64,000 bases of DNA from an uncultured Acidimicrobiales bacterium. GTDB lineage: Bacteria; Actinomycetota; Acidimicrobiia; Acidimicrobiales; VFJN01. The position numbers were made by a program, and so were the translations under genes. Of the stretch, positions 1 through 8,976 are shown piece after piece (position 1 is the first letter of the stretch; every line of letters starts with the position of its first letter). A model generated the notes under the pieces. That model did not search any database and was not told the origin of the DNA. It saw only the letters and a list, made by a program, of their open reading frames with translations. The stretch spans positions 106,145 to 170,144 of the forward strand of contig CAWCLR010000012.1 in NCBI GenBank assembly GCA_963796415.1, in the 5' to 3' direction.

Positions 1-459
1 GGCCGGTCCTCCGCCTACATCTACGACGACGCCGGGCAGCCGGGCGGGCTCGCGCCCGGGGCCCGGTTCGTCATCGCCGGCGACCAGAACGCCGATCCGC
101 TCGACGGCGACAGCGTGCCCGGCGCGGCCCAGCTGCTGCTCGAGCACCCCCGCGTGAACACATCGGTGACGCCGTCGAGCGACGGGGCAGTCGACGCCGC
201 CGCGCGCCAGGGCGGGGCCAACCTGACCCATCGCGGCGACCCCGCGTTCGACACCGCGGACTTCGCCGACTCCGCACCGGGGAACCTGCGGGTCGACTAC
301 GTGCTGCCGTCACGGCCGCTGCGGATCGTCGACGCCGCGGTCTTCTGGCCGACCGCCGACGACCCGCTGTTCCGCCTGGTGGGCGACTTCCCCTTCCCGA
401 GCTCCGATCACCGGCTCACCTGGATCGACGTCATCGTGCCCGGCGGGCCCGACCGGTAG
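1..459 (+). CDS. endonuclease/exonuclease/phosphatase (EEP) family protein, 3' part only (5' end outside window)
   Basis: Frame 1 is open from base 1 (GRSSAYIYDDAGQPGGLAPGARFVIAGDQNADPLDGDS...). C-terminal GDxN and SSDHRL motifs are typical of EEP-fold phosphoesterases. Track ORF 115..459 is the in-frame tail. Confidence 0.7.
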   Translation, partial: GRSSAYIYDDAGQPGGLAPGARFVIAGDQNADPLDGDSVPGAAQLLLEHPRVNTSVTPSSDGAVDAAARQGGANLTHRGDPAFDTADFADSAPGNLRVDYVLPSRPLRIVDAAVFWPTADDPLFRLVGDFPFPSSDHRLTWIDVIVPGGPDR

Positions 460-512
460 CGGTCAGGACAGGCCCCAGCGCGTCCACGGCGTGGACGGGC
501 GGCACGCCGCGC

Positions 513-1514
513 TCACGCGGAGTCGCGCACGACGACCACCGGTGTCGGCGCCGGGATGACATCCGGCCCTTCGCCGGTGCACAGGATCTGGTGCAGCTTG
601 TCGGCGATCAGCGTGCCCAACGCGTTCATGTCGACGTCGACCGTGGTGAGGCGCGGGGTGAACAGCTCGGACACGGGCAGGTTGTCGCACCCGATCACCG
701 CGACGTCGTCCGGCACCCTGATGCCCGCATCGACGAGGGCCCGGAGGGCGAGGAGGGCGTAGTCGTCGTTGTAGGCCAGCACCGCGTCGGGGTGCGTCCG
801 GCCGGCCAGTGCGCCCATGACCACACCTGCGATGCGATCGTGATCGAGCGGGCTCTCGACGATGGTCAGCGCCATGCCGTGCTCGTCGGCGGCCTCCTGG
901 GCGCCCGCCTGGCGACCGGCACGGAACCAGTCGAACGCCGGATCTGCGGGCATGACGGCGACGACGGAACGGTGCCCCCGGCGGGCGAGGTGGGCCATGG
1001 CCACGCGGGTGATCGCGGCCTGATCGAACACGACGGTGGGCGCGAAGCCCAACGGACCGGCGCCGAAGCCGATCACCGCCCGCGTGCCTGCGGACCGCAA
1101 CCGGGCGACGAGCGGCCCGGTGAGGTGCTCACCGCTGGCGACCAACGCGACCGGTTGCAGGCGGGCGAGCGTGTGGACGAGGCGGGCCACCTCCTGGGTG
1201 ACCGGGTCCACGAGCGCGGTGTAGCCGAGCTCGCCCAGCCGCTGGGTGAAGGCGGAGATGCACAGGCTGAGGGCATGGCTGTTCGGCCACGGCGGGTGGG
1301 CCAGGAGGACGAGGTCGCTCACGCCCGTGCGGAGCTGGCGGGCGGCGGCGTGGGGCGTGTAGCCGAGCTCCTCTGCGGCGGCGAGGACACGGGCGCGGGT
1401 GTCAGCCGAGATCGGTTGGCCCGCGGCGTCGTTGAGGACGTAGCTGACAGTGGCCCTCGATACTCCCGCTCGAGCGGCCACGTCCTGGCCGGTCACTCGC
1501 TGCGCGCGTGGCAT
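513..1514 (-). CDS. LacI family transcriptional regulator
   Basis: N-terminal HTH VTGQDVAARAGVSRATVSYVLND followed by a periplasmic-binding-protein-like effector domain. 333-aa ORF with ATG start. Confidence 0.9.
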   Translation of the reverse strand: MPRAQRVTGQDVAARAGVSRATVSYVLNDAAGQPISADTRARVLAAAEELGYTPHAAARQLRTGVSDLVLLAHPPWPNSHALSLCISAFTQRLGELGYTALVDPVTQEVARLVHTLARLQPVALVASGEHLTGPLVARLRSAGTRAVIGFGAGPLGFAPTVVFDQAAITRVAMAHLARRGHRSVVAVMPADPAFDWFRAGRQAGAQEAADEHGMALTIVESPLDHDRIAGVVMGALAGRTHPDAVLAYNDDYALLALRALVDAGIRVPDDVAVIGCDNLPVSELFTPRLTTVDVDMNALGTLIADKLHQILCTGEGPDVIPAPTPVVVVRDSA

Positions 1515-1613
1515 CCGTGTCCTCGTGAGCCTCCGTGGTGAGGTCGGACACTACCCCGTGTCGAGCGCTCTGCCGCCAACGGCCATAGCGGGTCGCACTG
1601 CTGCCGACCTCGA

Positions 1614-1642
1614 TTGACACGATTAAGTGTAACTCATACGGT
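1614..1642 (+). promoter_or_regulatory. candidate promoter TTGACA-17 bp-TACGGT with weak dyad ACACgattaaGTGT (possible LacI operator) upstream of the SBP gene
   Basis: Read directly at 1614-1619 and 1637-1642 in an AT-richer patch of the LacI/SBP divergent intergenic region. Hexamer match only. Confidence 0.3.
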
Positions 1643-1687
1643 GGCCGCGCCGGCGCTCCACGAGGGGCGGGCGAGCGAGGGGGAACG

Positions 1688-3022
1688 ATGCGCGGACGAC
1701 GGCACACGACCAGGGTGACGGCTGCACTGTGCGCCGCGGCGTTGGTGGCGTCGGGGGCCTGCACGAACGACGATCCCGCCGGGGGCGGCTCCGACGGCGC
1801 CGACAACTCCGACGGCGCCGACAACTCCGACGGCGCCGACGCCGCAGGCGACAGCACCGGGGTCACCGACGACACGATCAGGATCGGTTGGCCCGCCCTC
1901 GACCAGGCCGCGCTCGTCGAGGCGGGGCTGGCCACCGACCTCGGCGACCCCACCGCGATCGCGCAGGGCATCGTCGACGACTGGAACGCCGACGGCGGCG
2001 TCAACGGGCGGCAGGTCGAGCTCGTCACGAGCGTCTACGGCACCGACGTCGCCAGCATCCTCTCCGACATGCAGGCGACGTGCCTCGAGCTGACCGAGGA
2101 CGAGCAGGTCTTCGCCACCGCCGCGTTCGCCTGGTTCGGCGACGCGGTCACCTGCATGGCGGGCGACCACGGCACCCCGCTCGTCACCATGACGTCGTTG
2201 CCGAGCACGGTGCTCGAGACCGGCGACGACAACATCTTCCTCGCCAACTTCATGTGGGAGGAAGCGATGCGCAGCTCGGTGCGCGTGCTCGACGAGGCCG
2301 GCGAGCTCGACGGCTTCGAGCGCATCGGGGTGTTCGGACCGCTCGAGCCGGGCATGCAGGAGGCCATCGACGACGGCCTCGAGCCCGCGCTCGAGGAGGC
2401 CGGTACGGAGATCGCCGTCGATGGCTTGATCCCCTTCGGCGTGCCCGTCGACAACGCGGCGGTGGCCGCCGTGGTCAGCCGGTTCAAGTCCGAGGACGTC
2501 GACGCGGTGTTCGCCGTCGGCAGCTTCTTCTACAACGGCGCGTTCATGACCGAGGCGCAACGGCAGGACTACCACCCGACCTACGTCATGTCCGACATGT
2601 CCGAGGGGACCGACGACCTCATCCTGGCCTTCGCGCCGTCCGAGCAGCTCGCCAACGCGATCGGGGCGAGCTGGAAGGGCAAGGTGCCCGAGCCGGCGCC
2701 GACCGAGGCGGACCAGGCGTGCATCGACACCTACGCCCCCGACGCCCGGGGATCGGTCACCCAGGAGATCGGCGCGGCGCAGATCTGTGAGCTCCTCGAG
2801 CTCACCCGCCAGGGCCTCGAGGGCGCCGGCGACACGCCCACCCGCGGCGGCTTCATCGAGGCGATGGAGGGCATCGGCGACTTCACCACCAGCGGCGGCG
2901 GCCAGGGCAGCTACGGGCCCGACAACCACACGATGCCGGACCAGGTGCGCCTGGTGCGCTTCGACCTCGCCGGCTGCCAGTGCTGGGCCCTCGAGGGTGA
3001 CTGGATCGACGTCGATGGGTGA
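1688..3022 (+). CDS. ABC transporter substrate-binding lipoprotein, Leu/Ile/Val-binding (LivK/Peripla_BP_6-like) family
   Basis: Signal peptide plus lipobox (AALVASGAC), acidic repeat linker, then type-I PBP fold similarity. First gene of a liv-like operon. Its stop overlaps the next start. Confidence 0.85.
   Translation: MRGRRHTTRVTAALCAAALVASGACTNDDPAGGGSDGADNSDGADNSDGADAAGDSTGVTDDTIRIGWPALDQAALVEAGLATDLGDPTAIAQGIVDDWNADGGVNGRQVELVTSVYGTDVASILSDMQATCLELTEDEQVFATAAFAWFGDAVTCMAGDHGTPLVTMTSLPSTVLETGDDNIFLANFMWEEAMRSSVRVLDEAGELDGFERIGVFGPLEPGMQEAIDDGLEPALEEAGTEIAVDGLIPFGVPVDNAAVAAVVSRFKSEDVDAVFAVGSFFYNGAFMTEAQRQDYHPTYVMSDMSEGTDDLILAFAPSEQLANAIGASWKGKVPEPAPTEADQACIDTYAPDARGSVTQEIGAAQICELLELTRQGLEGAGDTPTRGGFIEAMEGIGDFTTSGGGQGSYGPDNHTMPDQVRLVRFDLAGCQCWALEGDWIDVDG
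1790..1840 (+). repeat. 18-bp in-frame tandem repeat, about 2.8 copies (SDGADN units) in the SBP linker
   Basis: tccgacggcgccgacaac repeated at 1790, 1808 and (partial) 1826. Confidence 0.9.
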
Positions 3023-5225
3023 CCGCGGGCCGTCGGCCCCCGGGCCGGCCGACCCCGCGGCGCTGGCGGCGCTGGTCCTCGACGAGGAGGCGCGGCGTCA
3101 CGCCGCCCACGGCCGGCCCGAGCGCACCTACGCCGACGAGGACCTCATGGTCGTCGGCGGTGACGACGTCAGCCTGGCCGGCGCCTTCCGCCAGGGTGGG
3201 GTGAGCCTGCTGGTGGCGCTGATGGCCGTGGCCGTGGTCCAGAGCCTCGACAACGTGGCGATGGGCGTGCTGGCACCCGACATCCAAGACTCGCTCGGCG
3301 TGTCGAGCGCCGTGCTCGGCGCCATCGGCGGCGCGTCCGGCGTGCTGTTCGTCATGGGGGGCATCCCCATCGCCGCCCTGGCCGACCGCCGGCGGCGCAC
3401 CCCGATCGCCGGCGCCTGCACGCTGGCGTACGGGTTGCTGTCGATCGCCACGGCGGCCGTCGGGAACGCGTTCGGGCTGTTCGTGGCCCGCATGGGCTCG
3501 GGCCTGGCGGCCTCGCACATCCTGCCCGTGCACAACTCGCTGCTGGCCGACGCCTACCCGATCAAGGCCCGGGGCCGCATCTTCTCGATCTACGGCCTGG
3601 GCCTGCCCATCGGCCAGCTGGTCGGGCCGGTGACCGTCGGCGGCATCGCCAGCCTGGCCGGCGGGGTCGAGGGCTGGCGCTGGGCCTTCGTCGCCGTCGG
3701 CGTGCCCGCCGTGGGGTTGGCGCTGTTCGTGGCCACGCGACGCGAGCCGGCCCGCGGCGCCAACGAGCAGATCGCCGTGCTGGGCGAGACCATCGAGGTC
3801 GAGCACAGCCCGGTGCCGACCTCGACGTCGATCGCGTTCGCCCGCCTCTCGAAGATCCGCACGTTCCGCTTCATGCTCATCGGCATCGGGGCGCTCGGCT
3901 TCGGCCTGTTCAGCGTGCCCATCTTCCTCAACATCTTCATGGAGGACACGTTCGGGCTGAGCGCCTTCGGGCGGGGGATCGTCGGCTCGCTCGCCGTGGT
4001 GCCGTCGCTGCTGGCGCTGCCGTTCCTGGGGAAGCTCAACGACCGGCTGTTCCGCCAGTCGCCGCCTAGGTCACTGCTGCTGTGCGCCGGGCTGATCTCG
4101 CTGTTCGGCGTGTTCGTGACCGTGGCCCTGTTCATGCCGAACCGGGCGTCGTTCACCGCCGTGTTCGCCCTGGCCACGTTGTGCGCCAACGCCGGGTTCA
4201 TGCTGATCGGGCCGATCGTGGCCGCCGTCGTGCCCTACCGGTTGCGGTCGCAGGGCTACGCCATGGTCGGCGTGTACATCTTCCTGACCGGCGCCTTCCT
4301 GGGCTCGGTCCTGGGCGGGCTCCTGAGCGACGCCTGGGGTGTCCGCACCGGCCTGTCGCTGCTCTGCATCCCCTCTGCCGTGATCGGCGGCGCGCTGCTG
4401 GCGAGCGGCGCCGCCCACATCCGGGGCGACATCGGGCAGGTGATGGACGAGCTCGAGGAGGAGCGGGCCGAGGCCGCCCGCGTGCGCGACCACGACGCCG
4501 AGGACCACGTCCTGCAGGTGCGGAACCTGGACTTCTCGTACGGCACCGTGCAGGTGCTCTTCGGTGTCGACCTCGACGTGCGCCGCGGCGAGGTGCTGGC
4601 CCTGCTCGGCACCAACGGCGCGGGGAAGTCGACGCTGCTGCGCTGCATCTGCGGCCTCGGCGTGCCCAGCCGCGGCGTGGTGCGGCTGCACGGGCACACC
4701 GTCACCTACGCCGAGCCCGAGAACCGGGTGCGGCTGGGCATCGTGATGATGCCGGGCGGCAACGCCCTGTGGGACCCGCTCACGGTCGAGGAGAACCTGC
4801 GCCTCGGCGCCTTCGTGCTGCGCAACGACGACGACGAGCGCCAACGGCGGCTCGACCGGGTGCTCGCGCTGTTCCCCGAGCTGCGCGACCGCCTCGACCA
4901 GCCGGCCGGCACGCTGTCGGGCGGACAGAAGCAGATGGTGGCGCTGGCCAAGTCGATGCTGCTCGAGCCCGAGGTGCTGCTCATCGACGAGCTGTCGCTG
5001 GGCCTGTCGCCCATCGCCGCGCAGGAGGTGCTGGCCAAGCTCGAGCGCCTCCGCGACGACGGGCTGACCATCGTGATCGTCGAGCAGAGCGTGAACGTCG
5101 CCCTGTCGATCGCGGACCGGGCCGTGTTCATGGAGAAGGGCCAGGTGCGCTTCGACGGTCCGGCCGCCGAGCTGCTCGAGCGGGGCGACCTGCTGCGGGC
5201 CGTGTTCCTGGGCGGTGACACATGA
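3015..5225 (+). CDS. fusion protein: N-terminal MFS-type 12-TM-like domain plus C-terminal LivF-like ABC ATPase
   Basis: The in-frame ATG at 3015 overlaps the SBP stop. The N-terminal ~480 aa are polytopic with an MFS-like ALADRRRRTP loop. The C-terminal ~240 aa have Walker A GTNGAGKST, signature LSGGQKQM, Walker B LLIDELSLGL and a LivF-like tail. The upstream part of track ORF 2787..5225 overlaps the SBP and is not used. Confidence 0.8.
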   Translation: MGDRGPSAPGPADPAALAALVLDEEARRHAAHGRPERTYADEDLMVVGGDDVSLAGAFRQGGVSLLVALMAVAVVQSLDNVAMGVLAPDIQDSLGVSSAVLGAIGGASGVLFVMGGIPIAALADRRRRTPIAGACTLAYGLLSIATAAVGNAFGLFVARMGSGLAASHILPVHNSLLADAYPIKARGRIFSIYGLGLPIGQLVGPVTVGGIASLAGGVEGWRWAFVAVGVPAVGLALFVATRREPARGANEQIAVLGETIEVEHSPVPTSTSIAFARLSKIRTFRFMLIGIGALGFGLFSVPIFLNIFMEDTFGLSAFGRGIVGSLAVVPSLLALPFLGKLNDRLFRQSPPRSLLLCAGLISLFGVFVTVALFMPNRASFTAVFALATLCANAGFMLIGPIVAAVVPYRLRSQGYAMVGVYIFLTGAFLGSVLGGLLSDAWGVRTGLSLLCIPSAVIGGALLASGAAHIRGDIGQVMDELEEERAEAARVRDHDAEDHVLQVRNLDFSYGTVQVLFGVDLDVRRGEVLALLGTNGAGKSTLLRCICGLGVPSRGVVRLHGHTVTYAEPENRVRLGIVMMPGGNALWDPLTVEENLRLGAFVLRNDDDERQRRLDRVLALFPELRDRLDQPAGTLSGGQKQMVALAKSMLLEPEVLLIDELSLGLSPIAAQEVLAKLERLRDDGLTIVIVEQSVNVALSIADRAVFMEKGQVRFDGPAAELLERGDLLRAVFLGGDT

Positions 5226-8106
5226 GCTCTCTCGTGGGCGTCGTCACCCTGTTCGGCGTCGACTTCAACCCGCAGGACCTGTTCGACGGCGCCGTCACCG
5301 GACTCGTCTACGGCTTCCTCGCCATCGGCGTGATCCTGCTCTATCGGGCGAGCGGCGTCGTCAACTTCGCCTACGGCGCCACCGGGACCCTGGCTGCGGT
5401 GCTCGTGGCCAAGATGGTCATCGACTGGAACTGGCCGTACCTGCCCGCGCTCCTCGTCGGGGTGGCCGCCTCGGCCGCGGTCGCCGGGGCGATCGAGATG
5501 ACCGTCGTGCGCCGGCTGTTCGACTCGGCGCGCATCACCCTGTTCGTCGCCACCATCGGCGCGGCCCAGCTGGTGACGGTGCTGTCGATCAACGTGCCCC
5601 GCGTCGAGGGCGTCGGCACCCCGTTCCCGACGCCGTTCAGCGGCACCTGGCAGCTCGGCGACGACATCACCGTGCATGCGCCCCAGATCATGGCGCTCGT
5701 GGCGATCCCGCTGGTGGCGTTCGGGCTCGGCTGGTTCCTCAACCGCACCATCTGGGGCATCGCCATCACCGCCACCGCGGCCAACCCCGACGCCAGCCGC
5801 CTGGCCGGGCTGAGCACCCGGCGGGTGTCGACGCTCGTGTGGGTGCTGGCCGGTGCGCTCGCAGGCGTCACCACCGTGCTGGCCGTGCCGTTGCGCTCCA
5901 CCCCCGTGAACAACCTCGCCGCGGGCAGCGGCATCCAGCTCCTCGTCATCGCGCTGGCGGTGGCGCTCCTGGCCCGGATGCGGTCGCTGGTGCTGGCGGT
6001 CGTCGCGGGCGTCGTCGTGGGCATGGTCGAGCGGGTGGTCTTCTACAACTGGGCCAACCAGTCGGGCCTCATCGAGTTCGTGCTGTTCGGCATCGTGCTC
6101 GGCGCCGTGCTGTTCGCCCACCGGGGCGCGTCCGGCGGCGACGGCGGGGCCTGGGCTCTGTCGAGCCGGGTGGCGCCGCTGCCCGACCGGCTGCGGTCGC
6201 ACCTGCTGGTGCGGCGGATGCCCTGGGTGCCGGCCCTGCTCGCCCTCGCCGTGGCCGTCGTCGTCCCGCTGATGATCGACACCAACGCCCGGTACTTCCT
6301 CTACTCGCGCATGGCGCTGATCGCGATCATCGTCGTGTCGGTGACCATCCTGACCGGGTGGGCCGGGCAGCTCTCGCTCGCCCAGTTCGCGCTGGCCGGC
6401 CTGGGCGCCATGACCATGGCGGGCGCCGACCTCCACCTGAACCTGCAGTTCCTGCCGGCGGTGGTGCTTCGCGGTCGCGGTGTGCGCGGCGGCCGCCGTG
6501 GTGATGGGCATCCCGTCGTTCCGGGTGCGGGGGATGTACCTGGCGATCGTCACCTTGGCGTTCGCCAACGCCGCCTACGCGTGGCTGTTCCACCAGCGCA
6601 TCTTCAACGGCGGCCGCGACGCGTCCCGCTACGAGCCCGACCACCTGCGCATCGGCTCGCTCGATCTCAGCGACCGCCGCACGTACTACCTCGTCTGCCT
6701 CGCCGCGCTGGTGACGATCGTGCTCATGGCCAACCGGCTGCGCCGCTCGGGTGTGGGTCGGGCCCTCGTGGCCGTGCGGGACAACGAGCCGTCGGCGGCG
6801 GCGTACACCATCGCTCCCCGGGCGACGAAGCTGTCGGCCTTCGCCCTCGCCGGCGGGCTGGCCGGGTTCGCGGGCGCGTTGATCATGGCCCTGGTCACGA
6901 ACGCGCGGGCCGACCTGTTCCCGGTCGACATGTCGCTGTCGGTCATCTCGATGGCCGTGATCGGGGGGCTGGCGTCGGTGTCGGGGGCCGTCATCGGCAC
7001 GCTGTGGGTCGTCGGGCTGCCGGCCATGTTCGGCACCAACGAGACCGTCGGCCTGCTCACCTCGGGCGTCGGGCTGCTCGTGCTGATCATGTACTTCCCC
7101 GGCGGCCTCGTGCAGGTGGGGTACGCCATCCGGGGGGCCATCGTGCGGGCGGTCGACCGACGACTGGACAGAAATCTGGCCGCGGAACGTGCGGTCCAGC
7201 GGCCCAGCTTCGCGGCCAGAAATCTGGACGGAAACCGGCGACGACGCGCCGGTCGGCACCCCCGACCTGGCCGTGCGCGGGCTCGGGGTCACGTTCGGCG
7301 GGCGGCGGGTGGTCGACGGGGTGGACCTGCACGTCGACCGCAACGAGGTCGTCGGCCTCATCGGCGCCAACGGTGCCGGCAAGACCACGATCATGAACGC
7401 CATCGGCGGCTTCGTTCCCGCCGACGGCCGCGTCGAGCTGCTCGGCCACGACATCAGCTCGCTCTCCGCCGCCAAGCGGGCCGAGCGGGGCCTCGGGCGG
7501 GCGTTCCAGAACGCCCGCCTGTTCGGCGACCTGACCGTGCTCGAGACCGTGGCGCTCGCCCACGAGCGGGTGCTGCCGACCCGGATGCTCGCGGTGCTCA
7601 CCGGCATTCCCACCTGGCGCCGCCGCGACCGCGAGCAGCTCGCACGGGCCCGCGAGCTGGTCGACTACCTGGGGCTCGGTGGCTTCGCCGACCACTTCGT
7701 CGGCACGTTGTCCACCGGCACCCGCCGCATCTGCGAGCTGGCGTGCATCCTCGCCCTCGAGCCCCGGGTCATCTGCCTCGACGAGCCGACCGCCGGCGTC
7801 GCCCAGCGCGAGACCGAGGCGTTCGCCCCGCTCATCACCCGCATCCAGGCCGAGCTGGGGGCGTCGCTGCTCGTCATCGAGCACGACATGCCCTTCGTGA
7901 TGTCGATCAGCGACCGGGTCTACTGCCTCGAGACCGGCACGATCATCGCCGAGGGGCCGCCCGACCAGGTGCGCCACGACCCCCGGGTCGTCGCCTCGTA
8001 CCTCGGCACCGACGAGCGGACGATCCACCGCTCCGGCGCCGCCGTCGCACCGGCGGACACGTCCCTGTCGACGTCCGTCTCCGTCCCGGCCGAGGAGGCC
8101 TCATGA
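5222..8106 (+). pseudogene. LivH-LivM-LivG fused branched-chain-type ABC permease/ATPase, interrupted by two frame breaks (or two sequencing indels)
   Basis: LivH and the first part of LivM are in one frame (ORF 5222..). LivM continues in the frame of ORF 6480.. (WCFAVAVCAAAAVVMGIPSFRVRGMYLAIVTLAF); the break lies between 6441 and ~6470. The LivM frame has no stop. LivG (GANGAGKTT, LSTGTRR, LDEPTAG) is in the frame of ORF 7189..8106; the break is at ~7228-7245. ATGA overlap with the previous gene at 5222-5225. Confidence 0.75.
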
Positions 8107-8975
8107 CAGCCACGATCCGGTCGGTGCGCGCCGGCGACGTCAGCCTCGAGATCGCCGAGGCGGGTGCCGGCGGCCGGCCCCTGCTGATGGTCCACGGGTT
8201 CACGGGCGCCAAGGAGGACTTCGCGGACTGCTTCGACCGGCTGGCCGAGCGCGGCTGGCACGTCGTCGCCCCCGACCTCCGGGGTCACGGGGCCAGCGAC
8301 CATCCCTCTCGCCCGCAGGACTACAGCCTCGACCTGTTCGAGGCCGACGTGCTGGCCCTCGTCGACGACCTCGGTTGGGACCGCTTCGTGCTGCTCGGCC
8401 ACTCGATGGGCGGCATGATCAGCCAGGCGATCGCCGTCCACGACCCCGGCCGGCTCGACGGGCTGGTGCTGATGGACACGGTGCCCGATGCGCCGTCGGT
8501 CGGCGGCGGCGCCGCGATGTTCGTGTTCAAGGTGGTGGCGCGTCTCTTCGGCATGAAGGCGATGGCCCGCCTGCTGCGCAAGCCGCCGCCCGGCTCGCCC
8601 GAGTCCGTCAAGCGCCTCTACGCCGAGCGGCCCGGCTACGGCGAGTGGGCCCGGTCGAAGGTGCTCGCCACGTCGCCGGTGATGGCCCGGGCCGTGATGG
8701 CCGAGCTGGCCAGCCTCGCCGACCGCGTGCCCGAGCTGCGGTCGCTCGACCTGCCGGTCCTCGTGATCGCCGGCGAGCACGACATCCCCGGCTTCGTCGA
8801 CGGGTCGCAGCGCATGGCCGACGCCATCCCGGGCGCCACGCTCGCGGTCCTGCCCGGCGCGGCCCACAACCCGCAGCTCGAGACCCCCGACGCCTGGTGG
8901 GCGTCCCTCACCGCGTTCCTCGACGCGCTCCCCAGCGCACCCTCCCCCGCACCCGAGACGGAAGGCACCACCTGA
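8103..8975 (+). CDS. alpha/beta hydrolase
   Basis: ATG at 8103 overlaps the LivG stop (ATGA). HGFTG oxyanion-region motif, nucleophile elbow GHSMGG, C-terminal GAAHNPQLE. Confidence 0.85.
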   Translation: MTATIRSVRAGDVSLEIAEAGAGGRPLLMVHGFTGAKEDFADCFDRLAERGWHVVAPDLRGHGASDHPSRPQDYSLDLFEADVLALVDDLGWDRFVLLGHSMGGMISQAIAVHDPGRLDGLVLMDTVPDAPSVGGGAAMFVFKVVARLFGMKAMARLLRKPPPGSPESVKRLYAERPGYGEWARSKVLATSPVMARAVMAELASLADRVPELRSLDLPVLVIAGEHDIPGFVDGSQRMADAIPGATLAVLPGAAHNPQLETPDAWWASLTAFLDALPSAPSPAPETEGTT

Positions 8976-8976
8976 C

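Noticed and set aside
1634-2929. 431-aa ORF antisense to the SBP gene. Similar long shadow ORFs occur at 591..1541, 2883..3806, 4706..6568, 6327..7613, 7920..9308, 8908..11373, 12869..14401, 14636..15769, 36677..37867, 42038..44068, 44051..46969, 44065..47094, 46752..48656, 46832..49234, 49559..51406, 52699..55101, 57535..59151, 59923..61485 and elsewhere.
   Set aside because: Their translations are Arg/Gly/Pro/Ala-rich low-complexity strings with no recognisable motifs. Each overlaps a gene on the other strand or frame that has clear family signatures. Stop-free alternative frames are expected at this GC content.
7141-7250. Programmed ribosomal frameshift at the LivM/LivG junction.
   Set aside because: There is no X XXY YYZ slippery heptamer or obvious downstream pseudoknot. 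About 30 similar frame breaks exist elsewhere, so an indel is the simpler explanation.
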